Shown here piece after piece: positions 27,535 to 37,761 of a stretch of DNA of 64,000 bases; the first letter of the stretch is position 1, and every line of letters begins with the position of its first letter. A program made the translations under genes and the position numbers. The notes beneath the pieces were generated by a model. The model saw only the letters and a program-made list of their open reading frames with translations. It was not told where the DNA came from and made no database searches. This stretch comes from Clostridia bacterium (GTDB lineage Bacteria; Bacillota; Clostridia; Oscillospirales; SIG627). The stretch is from contig JAFSGN010000022.1 in assembly GCA_017440805.1 (NCBI GenBank), positions 280,298 through 344,297 of the forward strand, written 5' to 3'.

Positions 27535-28802
27535 GATTATCAAAATTCACGGTAAATATTATTTCCTTTCTGATTACCATTGGTACGGTACTCTACATCG
27601 GAATATGGTTTATGCGTACTTTTAAAAGCGATGTGGGTGTTGAATATGCGGGCATTTCAACAGTGGAGCAGAAGCTTAATGCCGACGGATACATTATCCG
27701 AAACGAAGAGGTGCTGACACTGCCGGATAACGGAGTTGTATATTATATTGCAGACGAGTTGGAAAAGGTTTCTAAAAACTCTGTTGTTGCAAATATTTAT
27801 GCTTCGGAAAGATTTGCAGACACACAGGCACAAATCATTGAAATTGACAGAAAAATCAAAGTTCTGGAAAGCAGTCGGATTGATAAAAACTTTGTTATTA
27901 CAAACATGGCAAAAATTGATAATCAGATATCAGAATCTATCATACGGCTGAAAAATAACGCACTTAGCCGAAATTATAAAATTACCGTTCAAAACGGCGA
28001 CGAACTTTTAACAATTCTTAACAAACGACAGTTGATAGCACAAAAATCAGATGGATTTGACGATAAAATAGCACAATTGGAAAACCAAAGGACAAATCTT
28101 TCTCACTCTCTTACAGGATTGAAAAGCAGCATTGTTACCAACACCGGAGGATACTTTTCAACCGCAGTAGACGGCTACGAAAACATTTTTACATCAGAGC
28201 AGGTCGAAAATATGACCGTGGACTCCTTTAACAAATTGATTACTTCACAGCCGGATGAATCTCTCAAAACGAATCATGCCGGAAAGATTATAAAAGACTT
28301 TTTGTGGTATATTTTATGCTCTGTGGATAAAAGTTTATGCACCGAATTTTCGGAAGGCGAAACATACGATATTATCTTCCCGCACTCCTCAGACACAAGA
28401 ATACAATTTGTTCTGGACAAAAAACTCACCCAAACAAATCTGCCCAATGCCGTTTTAGTTTTCTCCACACTCGAAGAACCTAAAAACTTTGATTTTTCAA
28501 GGCTCCAGGAACTTCAGATAATAAAAAAGAGTTACAGCGGATTAAAAATCCCGAAAAATGCCCTGCGTATACAGGACAAGTTTGAGGGAGTGTTTGTATT
28601 AAGCGGAAATGAGGTAAAATTCAAGCGTATACACCGCATTTTTGAATCTGACAGTTTCTATCTTGCGGATTTGAACGACCCGTTAAGTTCAGGGGAATAT
28701 TTAAACAACGAACAAGAAAATAACACCTACAGTTATCTTTCTCTTTATGACGCCGTTATAACAGAGGGTAAAGAATTATACGATGGAAAGGTAGTAAAAT
28801 AA
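27531..28802 (+). CDS. HlyD-like membrane-fusion/adaptor-fold protein
   Basis: N-terminal TM, G.I.RNE, barrel-sandwich half (G.V......EKV.K...VA.I), coiled coil, G.FS..VDGYE, GLKIP..A, LYD.VI. Confidence 0.7.
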   Translation: MRLSKFTVNIISFLITIGTVLYIGIWFMRTFKSDVGVEYAGISTVEQKLNADGYIIRNEEVLTLPDNGVVYYIADELEKVSKNSVVANIYASERFADTQAQIIEIDRKIKVLESSRIDKNFVITNMAKIDNQISESIIRLKNNALSRNYKITVQNGDELLTILNKRQLIAQKSDGFDDKIAQLENQRTNLSHSLTGLKSSIVTNTGGYFSTAVDGYENIFTSEQVENMTVDSFNKLITSQPDESLKTNHAGKIIKDFLWYILCSVDKSLCTEFSEGETYDIIFPHSSDTRIQFVLDKKLTQTNLPNAVLVFSTLEEPKNFDFSRLQELQIIKKSYSGLKIPKNALRIQDKFEGVFVLSGNEVKFKRIHRIFESDSFYLADLNDPLSSGEYLNNEQENNTYSYLSLYDAVITEGKELYDGKVVK

Positions 28803-29503
28803 TGACACTTGATGAACAAAAAAAGTTTATATCGGACAATATCAAGCGTATAAAATCCGAAATCGGAAACAGAGATGTAACATTACTTGCAGCAACCAAA
28901 ACCCAGTCGGCAGAACTTATCAACTATGCTATTGACTGTGGTATAACTCACATTGGTGAAAACAGGGTTCAGGAGTTGCTTGACAAATACGACGATATTG
29001 TAAAAGACAATGTTACAATACACTTCATCGGGGCACTGCAGACAAACAAGGTGAAGTACATCGTAGATAAGGTTTCTATGATTCAATCGGTTGACCGTAT
29101 TTCTCTTGCTGAGGAAATTGACAAACGCTGTAAAGCCATTGGTAAGGTCATGGATGTTTTGGTGGAAGTAAATATCGGTGAAGAAGAGTCAAAGTCAGGC
29201 GTTGACACAAATAATCTTGAAAACATGTTAACCGAAATTTCAAAATTCAGAAACATATCAGTAAAAGGTTTGATGTTTATACCACCTATTTTTAAAAATA
29301 TTAATGAACAAACCTTTTATTTGGAGAAAATTAAGAGTTTATTTATTGACATACGGTCGAAAAATATAGATAATATATGTATTAGTACACTTTCCTTCGG
29401 AATGTCCAATGATTATATTGCTTCTATGGAATACGGCTCAACCATGATTCGGATTGGGTCAGGCATTTTTGGCAACCGATACTATCCACAAAAAAATAAT
29501 TAA
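28802..29503 (+). CDS. yggS: PLP homeostasis protein YggS/YlmE
   Basis: L.AATK, GENRVQE, HFIG.LQ.NK, GMS.DY, R.GS.IFG.R. Confidence 0.93.
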   Translation: MTLDEQKKFISDNIKRIKSEIGNRDVTLLAATKTQSAELINYAIDCGITHIGENRVQELLDKYDDIVKDNVTIHFIGALQTNKVKYIVDKVSMIQSVDRISLAEEIDKRCKAIGKVMDVLVEVNIGEEESKSGVDTNNLENMLTEISKFRNISVKGLMFIPPIFKNINEQTFYLEKIKSLFIDIRSKNIDNICISTLSFGMSNDYIASMEYGSTMIRIGSGIFGNRYYPQKNN

Positions 29504-29517
29504 ACGGAGGAATAAAC

Positions 29518-29997
29518 ATGGATTTTTTAAAGAAAATGCAGTCTATGATTTACAACACTGACAGCGAGGTAGAGGACGAAACAGATACATACGGCGGTGA
29601 CATATACGGCGACGCAGAACAAGACCCCCGTGCTTTGGGCACCAACAACGCAACCCGCTCATTCAGTGACAATATATCAGCGGAGGATATTCGTTCTTCC
29701 TCCAATGTAAGTGTGACAAGTGGTTCTTCAATTGAGATGAAAGTTATTCGTCCTGAAAAACTGGACAGCGTTACACAAATTGCAGACTATCTTACATCGG
29801 GAAACACTGTTCTTCTCAACCTTGAAGCAACAAATAAAGAAACCGCACGCCGTCTCCTTGACTTTCTCAACGGTGTTGCTTATGCAGTCGGCGGAAAACT
29901 CAAAAAGGTTGCTAACAGCACTTTTGTAATAACACCTGCAAATGTGTCAATATCCGGCGGTCAGACCTCAGACACTTCTGACCACGACTCTATCTGA
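29518..29997 (+). CDS. sepF: Cell division protein SepF
   Basis: IAD.L..G..V.LNLE, R.LDFL.G..YA..G, F..TP..V. Confidence 0.92.
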   Translation: MDFLKKMQSMIYNTDSEVEDETDTYGGDIYGDAEQDPRALGTNNATRSFSDNISAEDIRSSSNVSVTSGSSIEMKVIRPEKLDSVTQIADYLTSGNTVLLNLEATNKETARRLLDFLNGVAYAVGGKLKKVANSTFVITPANVSISGGQTSDTSDHDSI

Positions 29998-30056
29998 GCC
30001 ATCAACGACTCCGGTCCGGATAATTTCTTTTATCATTTTAAACTAAAGGCGGTTTA

Positions 30057-30332
30057 ATGAACATCTTGTCTTTTCTGATTATCAGAGTTTTTGATATACT
30101 CCTTACCGTGCTTGAGTATCTGATGCTCATACGGGCGGTTCTTTCATGGATTCCTACCATGTCTGGAAATGTTATTACAGACTTTGTTTATTCCGTTACC
30201 GAAATCGTGATAGGTCCTGTAAGAAAATTTCTCTCACGAACCGGACTTGTAGGTTCTTTGCCTATTGACTTGTCTTTTATGGCAACCTACCTGCTTTTAA
30301 TTCTTTTACACAGCATTTTACCAAATTTTTAA
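30057..30332 (+). CDS. yggT: YggT/YlmG membrane protein
   Basis: R..LSW.P, TE....P.R, IDLS. Confidence 0.88.
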   Translation: MNILSFLIIRVFDILLTVLEYLMLIRAVLSWIPTMSGNVITDFVYSVTEIVIGPVRKFLSRTGLVGSLPIDLSFMATYLLLILLHSILPNF

Positions 30333-30335
30333 TTT

Positions 30336-31085
30336 ATGGATAACACTCTGCTTAGAAACAAAATCCTCGATGCTGTATACAATGCGCGTGAGAAGTATAT
30401 GTATTGTGTGTTCGGTTTCTCCGACGAAAGTGAACAAAGTCTTCTGCACAGCATTATACACTCCACAGGATTCACAGATTATATGTTTTGGGGCGGATAC
30501 ACGGATGCCGAGCGCAAATGCCTCGGCATTTTTCCGAGTGTACCCGAAACGGAATATTTTCCCATTTCTTTTATAAAATTCACATCCGACAAGTTTTCTT
30601 CACTCACCCATCGTGATTATATGGGGAAACTTTTAAACGAAGGTGTAAAACGCGATATTCTGGGAGATATTCTGATTATTGACAAGCATTCCGCCTATGT
30701 CGCAATATACAATCAGAACAACATGGCAGACTACCTGTGCAATTCCGTTTCAAAAATCGGCCGTGCAACAGTCAGGTGCCAACTTATGCCGGAAGGATTT
30801 ATTCCGGATATCACAAAAGCATTTGAAATTATTTCTTTCACTGTTTCGTCCCTGAGACTTGACAGTGTAGTGGCAGGTGCAATCCATTCTTCAAGAACAA
30901 CTGCTCTCAAATTGATACACGACGGAGCAGTCACATTGAATCATGTCCAGTGTACCAAACCCGACTGTATTATGAAATGCGGTGATGTTTTTTCTGTACA
31001 CAGGAAAGGAAAATTCGTTCTGCAGGAAAACGGCGGACTTACAAAGAAAGATAAAACAAGAGTAAATATAAAAAAATATATTTGA
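30336..31085 (+). CDS. ylmH: YlmH S4-domain RNA-binding protein
   Basis: GGY.DAER, L.HRDY.G, GDI, S.RLD..VA, SR, TKK.K. Confidence 0.9.
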   Translation: MDNTLLRNKILDAVYNAREKYMYCVFGFSDESEQSLLHSIIHSTGFTDYMFWGGYTDAERKCLGIFPSVPETEYFPISFIKFTSDKFSSLTHRDYMGKLLNEGVKRDILGDILIIDKHSAYVAIYNQNNMADYLCNSVSKIGRATVRCQLMPEGFIPDITKAFEIISFTVSSLRLDSVVAGAIHSSRTTALKLIHDGAVTLNHVQCTKPDCIMKCGDVFSVHRKGKFVLQENGGLTKKDKTRVNIKKYI

Positions 31086-31106
31086 CCTAACGGAAAGGAA
31101 ATTATT

Positions 31107-31670
31107 ATGATACCTCCGCACGAATTAAAAAACAAAACTTTTTCCATGGGATTTCGCGGATACACCCCCGCAGAAGTTGACGAGCACATTGAATTTCTTA
31201 TAGAGAAATATACCGAACTCTACAAGTCAAATCTTGAACTTGAAAAGCAACTCTCTTCTGCAAACGAGCGTCTTGAACAACTCAGTGACGAAGAAGAGGC
31301 TATCAGAAAAACGCTTGTAAAAGCACAGAAGGTAGGCGAAGGATTTATCCAGCAGGCTCAGGATAAGGCTGACGGTGTAATTGCACAGATACGAGAACGC
31401 AGTGAGGCAATAATTGCCGAAACCGAGTCAAAAATCGCAGCCGAAAAAGAAACTATTGCAAATCTTAGAAAGTCTGCCGATGAGTTCCGCGAAAAGATAT
31501 TTGATTTGTATGTTAACCAACTCAAGTTTATAAAAGAGACCCAAAACGGCGAGTTGCAGGATTTATTATCTGAGATTCCCGAAGGTACAGAACTGAAAAA
31601 AGAACTTCTCGACATTGATACAGACACTGTATTAGAACCTGAAACAACAACTGAAAACGAAAATATATAA
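31107..31670 (+). CDS. divIVA: DivIVA-domain protein
   Basis: P.E..NK.F...FRGY...EVD followed by coiled coil, LV.AQ. Confidence 0.88.
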   Translation: MIPPHELKNKTFSMGFRGYTPAEVDEHIEFLIEKYTELYKSNLELEKQLSSANERLEQLSDEEEAIRKTLVKAQKVGEGFIQQAQDKADGVIAQIRERSEAIIAETESKIAAEKETIANLRKSADEFREKIFDLYVNQLKFIKETQNGELQDLLSEIPEGTELKKELLDIDTDTVLEPETTTENENI

Positions 31671-31694
31671 TCACGAATAGGAGCAATATAAATT

Positions 31695-34511
31695 ATGGCA
31701 TCTGAACAAAAAGACTACGCCGGCACACTGAATTTGCCGTCCACATCATTCCCGATGCGTGCCAATCTCCCGCAAAAAGAGCCGGAAATTCAAAAAAAAT
31801 GGGAAGACGGAAAACTTTATGATACTCTGATGAAAAAGAACGACGGCAAACCTCTTTTCGTTCTTCACGACGGTCCTCCATATGCTAACGGGGATATTCA
31901 CATCGGACACGCTCTTAACAAAATAATCAAAGATTTTGTGGTTAAAAACAAAAACATGAGCGGATATAAAGCACCCTATGTTCCGGGTTGGGACACACAC
32001 GGTTTGCCTATTGAACTTCAAATGATTAAGAAGCACAATATAAACCGTAATGCAACCGACTCTGTAAAATTCCGTTCTTTGTGTACTGAATTTGCACAAA
32101 ACTGCGTTAACAATCAGAAGACACAGTTTCTTCGCCTGGGTTCATTGGGAGACTACGATCATCCGTATCTTACTCTCCACAAAGAATTTGAAGCCAAGCA
32201 AATCGAAATATTCGGAGAAATGGCTGAAAAGAAATACATCTACAAGGGCATGAAGCCTGTTTACTGGTGCGCTCATGACGAAACCGCACTTGCAGAAGCG
32301 GAAATTGAGTACAGTGACGATCCCTGTGATTCCATTTATGTTAAATTCCGTGTTTCTGACGATAAAGGAAAATTTGCCGACATAAAATGCGAAAATATTT
32401 TCTTTGTAATCTGGACAACCACAACCTGGACTTTGCCCGGAAACATGGCAATCTGCGTTGGTCCCGATTTTGAATATTCAGTAATGCGATACGGCGACCA
32501 GGCATATGTTCTTGCAACAGAACTTATAGAATCAACCGAAAAAGCCGCCGGCCTTTCGGACGGTGTATGTCTGGGCAAATTCAGAGGAAGCGACCTTGAG
32601 TTCATTGAGTGTATGCATCCTTTCATTGACCGTATCTCCCCTGTTATTGTCGGCGACCATGTAAGTCTTGACAGCGGTACCGGTTCAGTCCACACTGCCC
32701 CCGGTCACGGTCTTGAAGACTATCAGGTTTGCCTTAAATATAAAAATCTCAAAGAAAACATTATTGTTCCGGTTGACTCTAAAGGCCGCCTTAACGAACT
32801 GGCAGGAAAATACAACGGTTTGCCGGTAGAAGAGGCGAATAAGGCAATACTTGCCGATATTAAAGAAAGCGGTGCTCTTCTGGCGGTTGAAAAAATTGTC
32901 CATCAGTATCCTCACTGCTGGCGTTGCAAGAGTCCTATAATTTACCGTGCAACAGAACAATGGTTCTGTTCCGTTGACGGATTCAAGAAAGAGGCACTTG
33001 ATGCTATAAAATCTGTTAACTGGATTCCCAACTGGGGCGAACAGAGAATTGAAAATATGGTTCGCGACCGTGCCGACTGGTGTATTTCCCGTCAGCGTAT
33101 ATGGGGCGTTCCCATTCCGATTTTCTATTGTGCAGACTGTCACAAACCCATCATTTCCAAAGAGACCATAAAAGTAGTTGCAGAACTTTTCAAGAAGGAA
33201 GGCTCTGACGCATGGTACAAATACAGTGCGAAGGAAATCCTGGGCGACTTGTGTCAATGCGAATGCGGATGCCATGAACTTGAAAAAGAAACCGATATCA
33301 TGGATGTATGGTTTGACTCCGGTTCTTCCTATGCATCTGTTCTGGAAAGAGAAAACCACCAGTTCCCTGCCGACTTGTATATTGAAGGTAACGACCAGTA
33401 CAGAGGATGGTTCCAGTCATCGCTTCTGACTTCTGTGGCAACAAGAGGCACTGCACCTTACAAGGCGGTTATCACTCATGGTATGACTGTTGACGGTGAA
33501 GGTAAAAAAATGTCCAAATCTCTCGGAAACGGTATTGACCCATTGCAGGTTACCAAAGAATACGGTGCAGATGTCCTTCGTCTTTGGGTTTCCAGCGTTG
33601 ATGTTACCGGCGACCAGAGAATTTCAAAAGACATTCTCAAACAACTTTCCGAAATATACAGAAAAATAAGAAATACCATCCGTATTCTTCTTGCAAATCT
33701 CGGAGAAGGCGAAAATGCATTTAACCCGGATATTGATTCTGTTGAATACGACAAGTTAGTAGAAATAGACAAATGGGCGCTTTCAAGACTCAACGGTCTT
33801 ATTGAGAGAGTACGCTCTGCTTATGACAGTTATACCTTCCATTATATATATCATGATATTCATAACTTCTGCACCATTGATATGTCGAAACTTTATATTG
33901 ACATTACAAAAGACCGTGTTTATGCCGAAACTGCAAAATCAGAAGCACGCCGTTCTGCACAGACTGTTATGTATATCATTGCAAACGCACTCACCCGTCT
34001 TATTGCACCAATCCTTTCTTTCACTGCCGAGGAAACCTGGGCATATATGGCTCATACATCTCAGGATGACAAGGAAAGCGTTTTCTTCAACGATATGCCT
34101 TGTGTAAATCCGATGTATACCAACCTTGCGGTTGAAGAAAAATACAACCACCTCTTTGATTTCCGCGATGATGTTATGAAAGCACTTGAAAAAGCCCGTG
34201 CCGAAAAAACCATCGGTAAATCTCTGGAGGCAAAAATCACAATTTACGGTGAACAGAACAGTGATGTTATGGCACAGTTTGAAAAATTCAAGGATATGTT
34301 GTCTACCGTATTTATTGTATCACAGGTAAACCTTTCATACCAGACGGCACCTGCCGATGCCTTTACCGAAACCGAAAGCGGTATTGCGGTAAAAGTTGAA
34401 AGTGCAGACGGCGAAAAGTGTGCCCGTTGCTGGATGTATGTTACAGATTTTGAAAAAGACGAATGCGGTCAGGCTCTTTGCCCCCGCTGTATGAAAAACA
34501 TTAAATTATAA
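31695..34511 (+). CDS. ileS: Isoleucine-tRNA ligase (type 1)
   Basis: DGPPYANG.IHIGH, WTTT.WT, WCISRQR.WG, KMSKS, C-terminal CARCW...CPRC zinc finger. Confidence 0.98.
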   Translation: MASEQKDYAGTLNLPSTSFPMRANLPQKEPEIQKKWEDGKLYDTLMKKNDGKPLFVLHDGPPYANGDIHIGHALNKIIKDFVVKNKNMSGYKAPYVPGWDTHGLPIELQMIKKHNINRNATDSVKFRSLCTEFAQNCVNNQKTQFLRLGSLGDYDHPYLTLHKEFEAKQIEIFGEMAEKKYIYKGMKPVYWCAHDETALAEAEIEYSDDPCDSIYVKFRVSDDKGKFADIKCENIFFVIWTTTTWTLPGNMAICVGPDFEYSVMRYGDQAYVLATELIESTEKAAGLSDGVCLGKFRGSDLEFIECMHPFIDRISPVIVGDHVSLDSGTGSVHTAPGHGLEDYQVCLKYKNLKENIIVPVDSKGRLNELAGKYNGLPVEEANKAILADIKESGALLAVEKIVHQYPHCWRCKSPIIYRATEQWFCSVDGFKKEALDAIKSVNWIPNWGEQRIENMVRDRADWCISRQRIWGVPIPIFYCADCHKPIISKETIKVVAELFKKEGSDAWYKYSAKEILGDLCQCECGCHELEKETDIMDVWFDSGSSYASVLERENHQFPADLYIEGNDQYRGWFQSSLLTSVATRGTAPYKAVITHGMTVDGEGKKMSKSLGNGIDPLQVTKEYGADVLRLWVSSVDVTGDQRISKDILKQLSEIYRKIRNTIRILLANLGEGENAFNPDIDSVEYDKLVEIDKWALSRLNGLIERVRSAYDSYTFHYIYHDIHNFCTIDMSKLYIDITKDRVYAETAKSEARRSAQTVMYIIANALTRLIAPILSFTAEETWAYMAHTSQDDKESVFFNDMPCVNPMYTNLAVEEKYNHLFDFRDDVMKALEKARAEKTIGKSLEAKITIYGEQNSDVMAQFEKFKDMLSTVFIVSQVNLSYQTAPADAFTETESGIAVKVESADGEKCARCWMYVTDFEKDECGQALCPRCMKNIKL

Positions 34512-34537
34512 CAAACCGACCGGGTATAGGAGAGCAG

Positions 34538-35050
34538 ATGTTAACAGCCGTATTGATAATACTCGCAGTAGTTGCGACAGACCAACTAACCAAATATCTG
34601 GCATTGACTCTGCTCCGGCCTATCCACCGTTTCCCGGTCATTGACGGAATTTTTGAATTTTGTTTTGTCCGAAACAGAGGCGCCGCCTGGGGAATGCTGG
34701 CCGATAAGAGATGGCTGTTTATGACCATATCGGTTGTTTCTTTGCTTCTGATGTTGTCATATCTGATATTTACAAAAAACAAACATCCGTTTTTTGTTGT
34801 TTCGCTTTCTCTCATAATCGGAGGCGGAACGGGAAATATGATTGACCGCCTTTTTTATGAAGATGGTGCTGTTGTCGATTTTCTGTACTTCAAACTTATT
34901 GATTTCCCGGTTTTTAACATTGCGGATTGCGGGGTAACCATAGGTGCAATACTTCTTCTGTTTTACATTATTTACTTTGAAACCATAAAACCGTATCTGA
35001 AAAGCAAAACAGTTAAGGATAACAAAAATGGAAAAGATATTGTGCAGTGA
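34538..35050 (+). CDS. lspA: Signal peptidase II
   Basis: DQLTK, N.GAAWG, GN.IDR, VVDF, FPVFNIAD. Confidence 0.95.
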   Translation: MLTAVLIILAVVATDQLTKYLALTLLRPIHRFPVIDGIFEFCFVRNRGAAWGMLADKRWLFMTISVVSLLLMLSYLIFTKNKHPFFVVSLSLIIGGGTGNMIDRLFYEDGAVVDFLYFKLIDFPVFNIADCGVTIGAILLLFYIIYFETIKPYLKSKTVKDNKNGKDIVQ

Positions 35051-35948
35051 AAGTTCTGTCAGACTTGATGTGTTTGTGTCAAAAAATTTTGACATAACCC
35101 GTTCGAGAGCCGCTCAACTCTGCGAAGAAGGTCAGGTTAAAGTTAATTCCGTTTGCGGCAAAAAAAATCTTGTTTTAAAATCGGGAGACACTGTTGAAGT
35201 TAATATACCCGCCCCGGTTTCTATTGACACCTTACCGGAGAATTTACCTCTGAAAATCATATATGAGGATAATGACATTTTGGTTGTGGATAAGCCACAA
35301 GGTATGGTTGTTCACCCTGCCGCAGGAAACTATTCGGGAACACTTGTAAATGCACTTTTGCATCACTGCAAAGACTCCCTTTCCGGTATAAACGGCAAAC
35401 TGCGTCCCGGAATAGTACATAGAATTGATAAAAATACCGCCGGTCTTTTAATTGTTGCAAAAAACGATGTTTCTCATGAAGCACTTGCAAAACAGATAAA
35501 AATTCACTCTTTTCTTCGGAGATACCACGCAATAATTTACGGTAATCTCAAAAACGACCAGGGTACGATAGATATGCCCATTGGCAGACACCCTGCAGAC
35601 CGTAAGAAAATGTCAGTATATAACACAGAAAAGGCCGGTGTCCGTTATGCCATCACCCATTACCGTGTGCTTGAGCGATTTGATGGCTATTCCTATGTCG
35701 AGTTGACTCTTGAGACCGGACGAACACACCAGATAAGAGTTCATATGGCATATCTTGGACATCCCGTTGTAGGTGATGATGTTTATGCGGCATCGTTTGT
35801 GAAAAAAGACTCAAACAAATTTCCAGGCCAACTTCTGTATGCCAAACAAATAGGTTTTACACATCCGATTTCACAGGAGCAATTGTTTTTTGAGGGTGAT
35901 TTACCTGACTATTTTGTTTCTTTTTTAGAGAAACTGAGAAGAATGTGA
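35028..35948 (+). CDS. rluD: RluA/RluD family pseudouridine synthase
   Basis: S4 domain, KP.GMVVHP, RPGIVHRIDK.T.G, TGRTHQIRVH. Confidence 0.9.
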   Translation: MEKILCSESSVRLDVFVSKNFDITRSRAAQLCEEGQVKVNSVCGKKNLVLKSGDTVEVNIPAPVSIDTLPENLPLKIIYEDNDILVVDKPQGMVVHPAAGNYSGTLVNALLHHCKDSLSGINGKLRPGIVHRIDKNTAGLLIVAKNDVSHEALAKQIKIHSFLRRYHAIIYGNLKNDQGTIDMPIGRHPADRKKMSVYNTEKAGVRYAITHYRVLERFDGYSYVELTLETGRTHQIRVHMAYLGHPVVGDDVYAASFVKKDSNKFPGQLLYAKQIGFTHPISQEQLFFEGDLPDYFVSFLEKLRRM

Positions 35949-36018
35949 AATAACGGATTGAAAGAAACATCATATTTTTACGGCTATGAATTAATAATAA
36001 CAACCGAGGTAACACATA

Positions 36019-36840
36019 TTGGGTAAGTTTGATAACATAATCGTAGTTTCGGACCTTGACGGAACCTTTTTCGACGACGACTCCCGACCTGCAAAGAATA
36101 ACCTTGATGCAGTAAAGTACTTTACGCAAAACGGAGGCCTTTTCGGTTTTTCCAGCGGGAGAAATGCCGGAATACTCAAGGAAATAATCCCTGAAGCCGT
36201 AATGCTGAACAATATTCCCTCAATTCTGTCCAACGGGGCATATTTATATGACTTTAAAACCGACACCCGAACAGAAGAACTTCTTCTGCATACAGAAAAA
36301 ATAAAAGCACTCACCGAAGAAATTGAGAAAAGGTCCTCCATCGTCGGATTTCGATGGGACAGTCCGGAAGGATTTATAACCTACAACAATCAACTGCTTT
36401 CCGAATTTGATTTCAAAGAATACAGAAACCGGTTTCCTGAATACAGCCGTGATTATGTTTTCTCACAAAAACTGTATAAAGTGGTTGTGTGTTCCGACGA
36501 AAAACGAATTATGCAAATAAAAGATTATCTTCCTTGTTTAGATGACACTTCTTTCTCATATACACTCACCGCCCCCACCTCTCTGGAAATAATGCACTGT
36601 GATGCAACCAAAGGAAAAGCCCTGACAAAACTTAAAAATATTCTCGGCTTACCTCATGCGACAGTATATGCAATGGGCGACTATGACAACGATTACGATA
36701 TGCTTCTGGCGGCGGATGTTGCTGTTTGTCCGTCAAACGCACTTGAAAGTATAAAACAAATATCAGACATAGTTCTTTGTTCCAACAATCAAGGTCTGTT
36801 CGATGTTCTTATAAAAACAATTGAAAAGGACATACTATAA
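36019..36840 (+). CDS. Cof-type HAD-IIB hydrolase
   Basis: DLDGT, SSGR, NGA, K motif TKG, GDYDND. Confidence 0.88.
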   Translation: MGKFDNIIVVSDLDGTFFDDDSRPAKNNLDAVKYFTQNGGLFGFSSGRNAGILKEIIPEAVMLNNIPSILSNGAYLYDFKTDTRTEELLLHTEKIKALTEEIEKRSSIVGFRWDSPEGFITYNNQLLSEFDFKEYRNRFPEYSRDYVFSQKLYKVVVCSDEKRIMQIKDYLPCLDDTSFSYTLTAPTSLEIMHCDATKGKALTKLKNILGLPHATVYAMGDYDNDYDMLLAADVAVCPSNALESIKQISDIVLCSNNQGLFDVLIKTIEKDIL

Positions 36841-36896
36841 TCTAATTATGCGCAAAATAAAAATTAATATATAATAACATTCAGGAGGATTACAAA

Positions 36897-37730
36897 ATGC
36901 AACAGGCAAGAATTAAGGAATTACAAAAAATTGCCAATAACATCAGAATGGGAGCACTTGAAGGTATTTATACTGCGAATTCCGGTCATCCGGGCGGTTC
37001 TCTTTCCATCGCTGATATTATGTCATATCTCTTTTTTGAAAAAATGAACATTGACCCCAAAAATCCTGCTTGGGAGGATCGTGACCGCTTTGTTCTTTCT
37101 AAGGGTCACACAGCACCCGCGCTTTACTCTACTTTGGCTCATCGCGGATACTTTTCAACCGAACTTCTCAAAACATTCAGAAACAAGGAAAGTATCCTTC
37201 AGGGTCATCCCGATATGAAAGGCGTTCCCGGCGTTGATATGTCTACCGGTTCTCTCGGTCTTGGCATTTCCACAGCCTGCGGTATGGCTCTTTCAGGCAA
37301 AATTTCCGGCAAAAATTATAAAGTATATTCTATTATGGGTGACGGTGAACAGGAAGAAGGACAGGTTTGGGAGGCTGCAATGTTTGCGGCTCACTACAAA
37401 CTCAACAATCTTGTTGCTTTTGTGGATTTCAACGGTCTTCAGATTGACGGCGATATAACAAAAGTTATGAACCCCACTCCGTTAGATGAAAAATATAAGG
37501 CGTTTGGCTGGAATGTGATTGTTATCAACGGTCACGATTTCAATGAGATTGAAAATGCAGTTAATGCTTCCGATTCTTCTGACAAGCCTACTGTTATAAT
37601 CTCAAAGTGTATCAAAGGAAAAGGCGTTTCATTTATGGAAAATGATGCCGGATGGCATGGTTCCGCTCCCAACAAAGAGCAATATGAACAAGCTATTGCC
37701 GAACTTACTGCTGCAAACGAAAATTTATAA
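36897..37730 (+). CDS. Transketolase, N-terminal subunit
   Basis: SGHPGGSLS, DRFVLSKGH, STGSLG, GDGE..EG..WEA...N TPP motif. Confidence 0.93.
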   Translation: MQQARIKELQKIANNIRMGALEGIYTANSGHPGGSLSIADIMSYLFFEKMNIDPKNPAWEDRDRFVLSKGHTAPALYSTLAHRGYFSTELLKTFRNKESILQGHPDMKGVPGVDMSTGSLGLGISTACGMALSGKISGKNYKVYSIMGDGEQEEGQVWEAAMFAAHYKLNNLVAFVDFNGLQIDGDITKVMNPTPLDEKYKAFGWNVIVINGHDFNEIENAVNASDSSDKPTVIISKCIKGKGVSFMENDAGWHGSAPNKEQYEQAIAELTAANENL

Positions 37731-37761
37731 TTTTTGAAAATCAAAGGAGTTTTATATAACT

